From contig JBBDJA010000010.1 of the NCBI GenBank assembly GCA_040880105.1, positions 41,317 through 105,316 on the forward strand: a stretch of DNA of 64,000 nt, given 5' to 3'. Positions 37,237 to 45,107 of the stretch are shown here, in pieces. Position 1 is the stretch's first letter. Each line of letters starts with the position of its first letter. This DNA comes from Waddliaceae bacterium. GTDB taxonomy: Bacteria > Chlamydiota > Chlamydiia > Chlamydiales > SLOH01. The notes beneath the pieces are model-generated. The model ran no database searches. It worked only from the letters and a program-made list of their open reading frames with translations, and was not told the origin of the DNA. Made by a program: the position numbers and the translations under genes.

Positions 37237-38004
37237 TTAAAAGTGATAATTAAACATTACGCGACCGCCCCAGATTCGGTACTGTTCTTCCTTGAAATCA
37301 TGTGGTGAATTTTCCCACGCTCCATAGTCGCGAAATCGGTAGAAGGGAACGAGTTCAATCGAGTACTGTTTGTTATTAACGCAGCGAGAAAAGGTTAAAG
37401 GAAAATCGACTTCATAATTGACTTTATCACCAATCCGCTTACGTCGAACTTCTCCTCCTCTAATTAAAAAGCGCTCCGCCTCTTCAACAAATTTTGTTTT
37501 AAAGCAAACAGCTACATCCAAGTCATTATGAATGGCAAGTTTCAGTTCAGCTGCTGCAAGGTAATAATGGAAACGTGTATTTGTTTTACAGTGAACGGGC
37601 TCTTTGATGATATTTTCTCCCCAAAAGTTACCATATCCTGCAAAAGGCGTAAAAGAAACCCCGTATGTGCATATCGGTTGATAGAATGTAAATCCAAGGT
37701 AACCTTCCACTTCCGCATCAGATTTCCAAGAAGCCCGTTTTGTCCCGGTTGTATCGTTGCCCTCAATGTTTCCGTAGGCATAATACCCTTCGACACCCCA
37801 CATTATGCCCCATGGCACTTGTCTAATATAATGTCCATGCACACCATACAGCCAACCGTCCTGCTTACTTCCTTCTGTAATCCGGCGACTTGTGTAAAAA
37901 AATTCAGGCCCAACACCGAGTCGATGACCTTGGAAGAGTGAGCATAAATCGAAGGAGAAAAGTGAAAAGGGAGCTAAGAGAGCAATGAGTAAGTACTGTT
38001 TCAT
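37237..38004 (-). CDS. Putative outer-membrane beta-barrel protein (255 aa)
   Basis: Has an N-terminal signal, alternating aromatic/Gly-rich strands (GVGPEFFYT.., GVEGYYAYG.., GYLGFTFYQ..) and an OMP-type C-terminus ..VMFNYHF. Confidence 0.65.
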   Translation of the reverse strand: MKQYLLIALLAPFSLFSFDLCSLFQGHRLGVGPEFFYTSRRITEGSKQDGWLYGVHGHYIRQVPWGIMWGVEGYYAYGNIEGNDTTGTKRASWKSDAEVEGYLGFTFYQPICTYGVSFTPFAGYGNFWGENIIKEPVHCKTNTRFHYYLAAAELKLAIHNDLDVAVCFKTKFVEEAERFLIRGGEVRRKRIGDKVNYEVDFPLTFSRCVNNKQYSIELVPFYRFRDYGAWENSPHDFKEEQYRIWGGRVMFNYHF

Positions 38005-38108
38005 TTCTAATGTTTCCGTAAAGGGCTCTTGTCTTTAATCTATGGTTTATATTTTGTATTGGCATTATGGCGCAATAAAAACATGACCATATGAGTGTAT
38101 AGTAACCC

Positions 38109-38256
38109 CTGATTAACTCAGATTGTTAAATTGAGCACATCTTTCAAGGGAATTTAAGAAAAACGCACTTGATTAACCATCAAGTGGTTAATTTCGATTG
38201 CGTTTTCGGATTTTAGAAAAAATTCATACAAAATTTAATCGACCCGAGTTAATCAG
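38109..38256 (-). repeat. Copy E2 of the ~147-bp MITE/REP-like repeat (inverted relative to E1)
   Basis: Ends are ctgattaactcag and cgagttaatcag, matching 12 of 13 as an inverted repeat. There is an internal hairpin ATTAACCA tcaag TGGTTAAT. It lies in the 352-bp divergent spacer between the OMP gene and the 38357 gene. Confidence 0.8.
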
Positions 38257-38356
38257 AGGCTCCTATAGAAAAAAACCATTTGATTGAGATGAAAAAAGTT
38301 GAGTTTCTTATGAAAAAACTTTATAAATCCATTTTAGATATATTTGAGGAGTAAAG

Positions 38357-38893
38357 ATGTTTCGTATAATCATGGGCGCAATTTTGTTATTCGGTTCTGT
38401 GCAAGCAAAGGTGTCACACATGAATGTAGACATCAAACAGGAAGTGTTACGAGATTACTATGCCGGGTACACGCAAGAAGACAAGAATAACTGGAAATTT
38501 ATTCTAACTAACCTTTCCAATAAACCGCTTACAAAGCTGCTTGCGTTGCGTCCCAAACTTAAATTGGCAGGAGACAAGATTGCTCATGTGCATCCTCTTC
38601 AATTGCTTTGCTGCGCATTTAGCGATGATTCTCTAAAGGTTGCTTTGCGCAATTTACAAGCAAGAGGCGGCTATGTATGGGGTGAATTTATCAGCGACAT
38701 GGGAAAATCCTTTGGTGAAGAGATGAACCTAAGCAATATGCGCGATGAGTATATCCATGATTTTAGTTTAAATGTAAAAATCGACATCGATTTGATCTAT
38801 GGTTCCATTCAACAACGCAAATGGGAACATTTCATCAATCTATTGATTAATAACATACCGAGAGACAACCCGTCAGATCCTTGGGACGATTGA
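38357..38893 (+). CDS. Secreted hypothetical protein (178 aa), first gene of the repeat-bracketed cassette
   Basis: GAGGAG lies upstream. Signal peptide is MFRIIMGAILLFGSVQA. No domain recognised. Confidence 0.7.
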   Translation: MFRIIMGAILLFGSVQAKVSHMNVDIKQEVLRDYYAGYTQEDKNNWKFILTNLSNKPLTKLLALRPKLKLAGDKIAHVHPLQLLCCAFSDDSLKVALRNLQARGGYVWGEFISDMGKSFGEEMNLSNMRDEYIHDFSLNVKIDIDLIYGSIQQRKWEHFINLLINNIPRDNPSDPWDD

Positions 38894-38930
38894 TTTCAAA
38901 GTGAATTGACTTGATGCATTAGAGGTTTAT

Positions 38931-40127
38931 ATTAAAAATCATAAACGAATTTTACTTACGGCAGGACGACTTCCAATTACATTGGAATTAGCAAGGCAGC
39001 TAGCAAAGGCTGGGCATACTGTATTTGTGACAGACTGTCTTCCTATGTATGTCTCTAAGTTTTCAAATGCTGTTAAAAAGAGCTTCACTGTTTCAGACCC
39101 ACGCAAATTGCCGGACAAATACATACAGGAACACTTGGAGTTAGTTCGAAAATACGACATCGATTTCTTGCTCCCGATTTGGGAAGATGTCTTATATTTT
39201 TCTCAGGTCAAAGAGCAGTTTTTACCTCGATGCGAAGTTTTTTGCGATAACTTTCAAACGCTCTACAAGCTCCATCATAAGTGGCATTTTATGCAAATGC
39301 TTGAAAAATGGGGGATACCCACTCCTCCATCTTTTCTTGTTCGAAATCCAGAAGAGGTAAAAAATGTGGATATCGATAAACCATTTGCCTTGAAACCGTG
39401 TCTTTCCCGAGCGTCTCAAAATGTCTATAAAATCGATGATAAAAATGAACCGATAGACATCTCTGTTAACTGCGGCGATTGGATTGCCCAAGAATGGCTT
39501 CGCGGAGATAAATACTGTACCTTGAGCGTTTGTCATGAAGGGAACCTTTCTGCTCACTCCGTTTATCCGGTGACATTTTCTATCGATAAGAGCTCGTGTT
39601 TAAGTTTTGTCTCAGTAGAACATAAGAAAATTTATGAATGGGTCAAGGACTTCGTTAAAAAGGCAAATTTTACAGGCTTAATCGCATTTGACTTCATCGA
39701 ACTAGAAGATGGTCGTCTATATCCGATCGAATGTAATCCTCGAGGAACGAGTGGGCTGCATCTATTCGCCTCTACTCCAGAATTCCCGAGCGCCCTTTTT
39801 AAAAGTCCCTCTAATTGCCTCTTTCCTAAGGAACAGAAAAAGCGACAAATTGCTGTTGGCATGCTGATGTATGGCTGGAGAGTGAAAGGTCAACATTTTT
39901 TAAAAGAATTTTTAAGCTCCAAAGATGTCTTATTTTCCGTTAAGGACCCTCTTCCATCTCTTTTAGAGCCGTTTCTTTTGCTGCAAGTTCTTTTGCTTGC
40001 TCTTCGGCAGAAAAAGAACTTACCCGCCTTCTACACTCACGACTTAGATTGGGAGCCGGGAATAAGCGACGCAACTGATGTTCCTGTTGAAAATCCACTT
40101 GTAGACCAACCAAAGAGCTTTGTATGA
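38931..40127 (+). CDS. ATP-grasp ligase; proposed non-canonical ATT start (the track starts at TTG 38982)
   Basis: Has the ATP-grasp signature ..YPIECNPRGTSG... The frame is open from 38910, and the upstream in-frame codons encode IKNHKRILLTAGRLPIT, a beta1/Gly-loop typical of the pre-ATP-grasp domain. There is no ATG, GTG or TTG before 38982. AGAGG lies 5 nt upstream of ATT 38931. Confidence 0.6.
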   Translation: MKNHKRILLTAGRLPITLELARQLAKAGHTVFVTDCLPMYVSKFSNAVKKSFTVSDPRKLPDKYIQEHLELVRKYDIDFLLPIWEDVLYFSQVKEQFLPRCEVFCDNFQTLYKLHHKWHFMQMLEKWGIPTPPSFLVRNPEEVKNVDIDKPFALKPCLSRASQNVYKIDDKNEPIDISVNCGDWIAQEWLRGDKYCTLSVCHEGNLSAHSVYPVTFSIDKSSCLSFVSVEHKKIYEWVKDFVKKANFTGLIAFDFIELEDGRLYPIECNPRGTSGLHLFASTPEFPSALFKSPSNCLFPKEQKKRQIAVGMLMYGWRVKGQHFLKEFLSSKDVLFSVKDPLPSLLEPFLLLQVLLLALRQKKNLPAFYTHDLDWEPGISDATDVPVENPLVDQPKSFV

Positions 40128-41479
40128 CAACACAGTCTCCTTTTGAATGGCAAAGACATCCGAAGGCTGAACAATTAATTATGAACGCGCTTGAATCTGC
40201 TTGCGAGCAAAATTCAATGATTGAGAGCTTAAGGGAAGATCTTCTCAATTTTACAAGTACGAGATTATTTGATTGGGCCGATCATATTACACTTGGTTAT
40301 TCTCCCCAATTGGAACAAGATTTAATCGAATTTGGATTTGAAGCGGTGCATGCGTCTGCTGATTATCGTGTGTTTGCCCATCCGGGAGCGCAGCTTCCCC
40401 GGGTCGTTGTGTATGATCATGATGAACCTGTGAGAGGAGTGGCGATTACTGTAGACAGTATTGCGGATTTCTTGATGGTCCGCGGGATCCATGCCATTAT
40501 TGAAGGAATCCCATATAGCGGCTATCGACGCTCGAGGGTTTCAGATGAAAATGGTGTTGAACTTTTAATTGTTGAGCGGCGCGGCACTCAGACGCTCGAA
40601 CCTACCTACCCGGACTCCGATTATGTTGAAAAGTATCTGGATGCGCTTGAAAAATGGCAAACGCGTCCAAGATCACTTGACGATGAAGATCTTGCAATGG
40701 AGCAAACCTTAACAATTGCAGAGGATCTTGTTAGAACACTTGGCAAAGACTTGGCGGCATGGGTAGTAATGGAGGGAGAGCGTAAATATTGGCAATCAAG
40801 GAATTTTGCAGCTCAGCTCCAAAAGAATCGCCAAGATAAGCTCGGAATGGGATGGGCCAACCACGATCATCATACTTTTCGCTCGTCCAGACGACAATTC
40901 ACTCACCTCATTCGACTTCTTGAAATGCTCGGTTTTCACTGCCGAGAGAGATACTACGCCGGACAACAAGGGGGATGGGGAGCGCAAATAATGGAAAACT
41001 CCCGATGCGGGCTTGTATGTTTTTGTGACCTGGATCTCTCTCCCGAAGAGGTTGAGATTGATTTTGCTCATCACCCACTTCCTGAGCTTTCAAAACTAGC
41101 AACGGTGGGTCTGTGGTGTGAATTACATGGAGACTCTATACTAAATGCCGGAATGCATCATCTAGAGGCGCAATTTATGTTTAGCGAACTTAAAGATGAT
41201 TTAGATCATTTAGGGGTTGCTATGATGGAACCTTTCAGTGACTTCCCTTACCTTAAACAGGCATTTACGTCCGGAGAACTTTGGCAAGTCGCTCCGAGCC
41301 GAGTCAATCGTTTGCTCCAGCAAGGAAAAATTACGCATCAAGAAGCTGATAAGTTTATCTCTTACGGCGCTGTGGGCAGCCATTTGGAGAACCTACAAAG
41401 GCGCGAGGGATACAAGGGATTTAATCAGAAAAATGTCAGTTATATCATTAAAAAGACAGATCCAAGAACTTTAGAGTAG
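40124..41479 (+). CDS. 451-aa candidate metalloenzyme, VOC-fold / DUF1338 (HglS/YdcJ)-like (tentative)
   Basis: ATGA overlap with the ATP-grasp gene. Contains His clusters GWANHDHHTFRS and MHHLEAQF. The C-terminal ..GSHLENLQRREGYKGFNQKNVSYI.. is reminiscent of the DUF1338 C-terminal motif. The ORF is solid; the family call is from memory only. Confidence 0.5.
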   Translation: MTTQSPFEWQRHPKAEQLIMNALESACEQNSMIESLREDLLNFTSTRLFDWADHITLGYSPQLEQDLIEFGFEAVHASADYRVFAHPGAQLPRVVVYDHDEPVRGVAITVDSIADFLMVRGIHAIIEGIPYSGYRRSRVSDENGVELLIVERRGTQTLEPTYPDSDYVEKYLDALEKWQTRPRSLDDEDLAMEQTLTIAEDLVRTLGKDLAAWVVMEGERKYWQSRNFAAQLQKNRQDKLGMGWANHDHHTFRSSRRQFTHLIRLLEMLGFHCRERYYAGQQGGWGAQIMENSRCGLVCFCDLDLSPEEVEIDFAHHPLPELSKLATVGLWCELHGDSILNAGMHHLEAQFMFSELKDDLDHLGVAMMEPFSDFPYLKQAFTSGELWQVAPSRVNRLLQQGKITHQEADKFISYGAVGSHLENLQRREGYKGFNQKNVSYIIKKTDPRTLE

Positions 41480-41547
41480 CTTACTTGAAAACCGCATGGA
41501 CTCTCTAATAGTGACAGTTGCTATCTCAATCGACTACAAGAAACTTT

Positions 41548-41695
41548 AGAATAAGTCAGATTGCAAGGTTTAGCCGCATATTACTGAAATTTAAAAACTC
41601 ACTCGTTCAATTTACAAGTGGTAACGCTCGATTACTTTTGCTAAAAATACGGGAAAAATTCACAAAAAAAAATTAGACAGACCCGCCATATTTAG
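41548..41695 (-). repeat. Copy E3 of the ~147-bp repeat (same orientation as E2, more degenerate)
   Basis: tcagattgcaaggtttagc.., ..gaaatttaaaaactcact.., ..caagtggtaacgctcgattacttttg.. and ..ggaaaaattcacaaaaaaaaattagacagacccg align in order with E2. Same length (148 bp), roughly 65-70% identity by eye, with eroded ends. Confidence 0.6.
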
Positions 41696-41747
41696 AGTTT
41701 ATTCAATTAATTCTTTCAAACTTTCAGCTGCAGAGCGTTCCTATCCC

Positions 41748-41777
41748 TTGATAAAAAATTAGTTCATTCGTTAATAT
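41748..41777 (+). promoter_or_regulatory. Candidate sigma-70/66-type promoter for the NSS transporter gene
   Basis: TTGATA (41748-53), an 18-nt spacer, then TAATAT (41772-77), about 90 nt upstream of ATG 41868. Sequence match only. Confidence 0.3.
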
Positions 41778-41867
41778 TTGCCCATGTTTTATTCTTTTTT
41801 TTATCAAAAGCTCCTTTTTTCTCTTCTAAAAAGTTAGTTTCAATTTTATATCTGTGGAGTTTAAGAA

Positions 41868-43328
41868 ATGTCTCAAGTAGAAACGCAAAAATGGAGAAGC
41901 TCGGCCGGGTATATATGGTCAATGCTGGGTTCGGCAATAGGATTTGCTAATCTCCTGGGTTTTGGATCTCAAAGCTACAAAAACGGTGGTGGGGCATTTT
42001 TAATACCCTTTTTTATCGCACTATTTATCCTTGGCATCCCCATGCTGATGCTCGAGGGAATTATCGGGCAAAAAAGAGAAGAACCGCTCGTTACAGCTTA
42101 CGGTCGTGTCATGGGGAGACCTGCAAAAATCCTAGGCTGGCTTGCTGTCTTTGCAGTTATGACAATCGGCGCTTTCTATACTGTTTTGACCGGATGGTCC
42201 ATTGCGTATACATATTTTGCAGCTACAGGTGGAATTGGAGCGGATACAGCCGCGTTCTTTTCGCAGGAATTTCTTAAAGTTACCCCTAGTTTATCTGAAA
42301 TTGGGGGCATTTCATACCCTGTCATTATCTCTACTTTGTTTGTTGGGTGTTTAGGATGGTATGTCCTTTCGCGCAATATTCAATCGGGAATCGAGAAGTG
42401 GTGTAGCATTTTTCTTCCACTTTTAATCGGCTTAATTATTGTCTTTACTGCAGTTGTTTGTTTCCTCCCTGGCTCTTTTGACGGGTTTTACCATTACTTA
42501 TATCCTGACTTCACAAGACTCTACGATTTGACAATATGGCGAGATGTCTTCGGACAGCTCTTTTTTAGCCTCTCTTTAGGTTTGGGAATTGTTGTGGGTT
42601 ACTCGCGTCACACCGAAAAAAAGACAGACATCCGTCAAGCGATGCTGATTGTTGCGCTATCGGATTTTGCGATCTCATTTTTAAGCGGTCTTATGATCTT
42701 CGGCTGTCTTGGATTTATGTCTCAGCAGCAAGATGTTGCCTTCAATGAGGTGGTGACGTCTCATTCCACTTTTGAAATCGGCTATGTCATCTTCCCATTA
42801 ATCTTAAATAGCTTTGGACCCATTTTTTCAAGAGTGATTGGTGTTTTGTTCTTTTTTTCCGTTTTCATTGCAGGTTTTACCGGCGTTTTTTCAATTATTG
42901 AAAGTATTGTCGGGAACTTAAGAGTAGAGTTCTCTCTTTCAAGAAAAATGGCAGCGACAGTTGCGATGATTGTTATTTTTATCCTCTCCATCCCGTTTTG
43001 CATGGGAAATGGCACCGCACTGATCGCAGCTCTTGAGCCTATGGTTTTGGGGAATAACATGCTAATCGGTGCCATTGCACAAATCATTGTCTTTATGTAT
43101 GTAAGTTCCGAATTTCGAGACCATCCCATATGGATGAAAGGTGGTCGAAGAGTCCCGGCATTTTATGCATTGAAATACGTCTCACTTGCGATTTTAATTT
43201 TCAGCTTGCTCTTTTCTATACGCAGCGAGTATTTGAGTGGTTTTGGTCTTGCAGAAGCTATTCGCTTTGGTTGGCTTGCAATTGCACTCTGTTTAGCTGC
43301 AATTCTTTCATTGAAAAATCCAAGATAG
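41868..43328 (+). CDS. Sodium-dependent transporter, NSS/SNF family
   Basis: ..WRSSAGYIWSMLGSAIGFANLLGFGSQSYKNGGGAFLIPFFIAL.. matches the NSS N-terminal signature. About 11-12 TM helices. Confidence 0.85.
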   Translation: MSQVETQKWRSSAGYIWSMLGSAIGFANLLGFGSQSYKNGGGAFLIPFFIALFILGIPMLMLEGIIGQKREEPLVTAYGRVMGRPAKILGWLAVFAVMTIGAFYTVLTGWSIAYTYFAATGGIGADTAAFFSQEFLKVTPSLSEIGGISYPVIISTLFVGCLGWYVLSRNIQSGIEKWCSIFLPLLIGLIIVFTAVVCFLPGSFDGFYHYLYPDFTRLYDLTIWRDVFGQLFFSLSLGLGIVVGYSRHTEKKTDIRQAMLIVALSDFAISFLSGLMIFGCLGFMSQQQDVAFNEVVTSHSTFEIGYVIFPLILNSFGPIFSRVIGVLFFFSVFIAGFTGVFSIIESIVGNLRVEFSLSRKMAATVAMIVIFILSIPFCMGNGTALIAALEPMVLGNNMLIGAIAQIIVFMYVSSEFRDHPIWMKGGRRVPAFYALKYVSLAILIFSLLFSIRSEYLSGFGLAEAIRFGWLAIALCLAAILSLKNPR

Positions 43329-43329
43329 G

Positions 43330-43358
43330 TTTCAATTTTCTGCGCATTGCTGTATAAT
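43330..43358 (+). promoter_or_regulatory. Candidate promoter for the YtxJ-like gene
   Basis: TTTCAA (43330-35), a 17-nt spacer, then TATAAT (43353-58), 22 nt upstream of ATG 43380, which has an AAAGGAGAG SD. Confidence 0.35.
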
Positions 43359-43379
43359 TTCTTCAAAAAGGAGAGAAAT

Positions 43380-44030
43380 ATGGCAGTGCGTGATCGTATG
43401 TATGAATTGACAACACCTGAAGAGGTCGATGCATTTTTTAAAAAATATCCGACCTGTGTTTTTTTTAAAGCAGGCTCTTGCCATAAAACAACACATGGAT
43501 TTGGTTTTGTTGAAAGCGCTTTAAAAGGAAGAAAGGATCTACACTTGGGCGTGGTTCGAGTCATTGAAAACAGACCTGCCTCTAACTATATTACTGAGAT
43601 TACAGGTATTACCCATCAATCCCCGCAATTTATCCTCATGAAAGAGGGCGCGCCAGTTTTTGATCTCGATAACTGGGATATTACACTTGAAGCGCTTGGT
43701 CTTGGTCTAAATCAACATCACGGAGTCGTTGAACACGAAGAGGAGACAGCACATAAGGGCGATATTTCACCTTATGTCACTTTACTTGAAGAGTTTGTAG
43801 GTGGTCAAATATCGGAAAAAGAGTTTGAGCTGCGTTGGCTTGAAACATTTCGCGTTGATTCCAGCCTTCGCTCTGCAGAAGAATTTAACTTACTCAATCG
43901 CCTATATGGGGATGTGGATGAGATGATTGTTCATGCGTGTTCAACGGATCTTACAGTCGGAGATACATCGCTATTTGAAAGGGCAGAAGCTCTCCTTAAC
44001 GAACTTCGCTCTAGACATTTGCCAGCTTAA
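43380..44030 (+). CDS. Fusion protein: YtxJ/DUF2847 monothiol thioredoxin-like domain plus a C-terminal colicin-immunity-like helical domain
   Basis: The N-terminal domain ..VFFKAGSCHKTT.. and ..RPASNYITEITGITHQSPQFILMKEGAPVFDLDNWDIT parallels B. subtilis YtxJ (FKHSTTCPIS..RPLSN.IAE..G..HESPQ..). The C-terminal ..GGQISEKEFELRWLETFRVD....EEFNLLNRLYGDVD.. resembles the ImmD-type self-protection domain pattern (from memory). Confidence 0.7.
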   Translation: MAVRDRMYELTTPEEVDAFFKKYPTCVFFKAGSCHKTTHGFGFVESALKGRKDLHLGVVRVIENRPASNYITEITGITHQSPQFILMKEGAPVFDLDNWDITLEALGLGLNQHHGVVEHEEETAHKGDISPYVTLLEEFVGGQISEKEFELRWLETFRVDSSLRSAEEFNLLNRLYGDVDEMIVHACSTDLTVGDTSLFERAEALLNELRSRHLPA

Positions 44031-44045
44031 TCAATAGTTCGTACA

Positions 44046-45107
44046 ATGCATTTAAAACCCCGATTTTCATCGGGGTCATTAAGAAAGGGTGCTTTGAAAA
44101 AATATCAACGAAATTACTTTTCCTTCGATCCAGAGGCTGTTCTTAACACGATCGGTCAAGATGCGCTTCTACAATCTCTTAGAAAGATGCTACTCATTCG
44201 GAATTTTGAAATTCGGGCTGAGGCAAGCTATCTTCAGGGTAAAATTGGCGGTTTTTTTCACTCTTACATCGGTCAAGAAGCGATCCAAACAGCTGCAGTT
44301 GATGTGATGGGTCAAGAGCAGTGGTGGGCCACTTCCTATCGTTGCCATGCGCTTGCGCTTCTTCTTGGAGTATCGCCTGAAAGTGCGATGGCTGAACTTT
44401 TTGGACGAAAAACCGGTAATGCAAAAGGACGCGGCGGTTCGATGCACTTTTATACCGACCGGATGTTGGGTGGGTTCGGAATTGTAACCGGACAAGTTCC
44501 AATGGCTACCGGAGCTGCGTTTTCTATCAAATATCAAGGAATTAATGATCAAGTTGCCGTTTGCTTTTTAGGAGATGGTGCAGTCGCTCAAGGAGCCTTC
44601 CATGAGTCTTTAAATTTAGCTTCTTTATGGGATCTCCCGATTATTTATGTGATTGAAAATAATCAATGGGGAATGGGCACAGGAGTTGAGCGTGCAGTTG
44701 CTGCCAAACACCTTGCGGAAGAAATAGCCCCGACCTATCGCATGAAGGGGTATTCTCTTGACGGGATGGATTACTTAAGCTGCTATTCCGGGTTTTCACA
44801 TATTTACAAAGAGACACTTGAGACAAAGCGCCCGGTTTTGGTTGAAGCCGTATGTGAGAGATTTAAAGGGCACTCTATTTCAGATCCCGGATTGTATCGA
44901 TCCAAAGAGGAGCTAAAAAAGGACATGCAGCACGACCCGCTTTTACAACTAAAGGATCATCTTGAAAAAAGGCAGTGGCTAACAGAAGAGCAGTACAAAG
45001 AGATCGATAAAGAAATTAAGGAAAAAATCGTATCAGCGATCAAATATGCCGATGATCAGCCGTGGCCGGACCCGGCCACTCTTGAAGAGGGAGTCTTTGC
45101 GCCATGA
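44046..45107 (+). CDS. pdhA: Pyruvate dehydrogenase E1 alpha subunit
   Basis: ..MLLIRNFEIRAEASYLQGKIGGFFHSYIGQEA.. and ..GDGAVAQGAFHESLNLASLW.LPIIYVIENNQWGMGT... The start is uncertain: ATG 44046 places a strong hairpin (44057-44076) in codons 4-11. An alternative in-frame TTG lies at 44094. Confidence 0.9.
   Translation: MHLKPRFSSGSLRKGALKKYQRNYFSFDPEAVLNTIGQDALLQSLRKMLLIRNFEIRAEASYLQGKIGGFFHSYIGQEAIQTAAVDVMGQEQWWATSYRCHALALLLGVSPESAMAELFGRKTGNAKGRGGSMHFYTDRMLGGFGIVTGQVPMATGAAFSIKYQGINDQVAVCFLGDGAVAQGAFHESLNLASLWDLPIIYVIENNQWGMGTGVERAVAAKHLAEEIAPTYRMKGYSLDGMDYLSCYSGFSHIYKETLETKRPVLVEAVCERFKGHSISDPGLYRSKEELKKDMQHDPLLQLKDHLEKRQWLTEEQYKEIDKEIKEKIVSAIKYADDQPWPDPATLEEGVFAP

Noticed and set aside
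38289-38354. 21-aa mini-ORF (MKKVEFLMKKLYKSILDIFEE) upstream of the cassette, considered as a graspetide/RiPP precursor for the ATP-grasp enzyme
   Set aside because: It lacks the Thr/Ser plus Asp/Glu core repeats expected of omega-ester peptide precursors. Its last codons simply form the GAGGAG SD of the next gene. It has no SD of its own.
38939-39160. 73-aa minus-strand ORF
   Set aside because: It is antisense to the N-terminal region of the ATP-grasp gene, which has clear family motifs.
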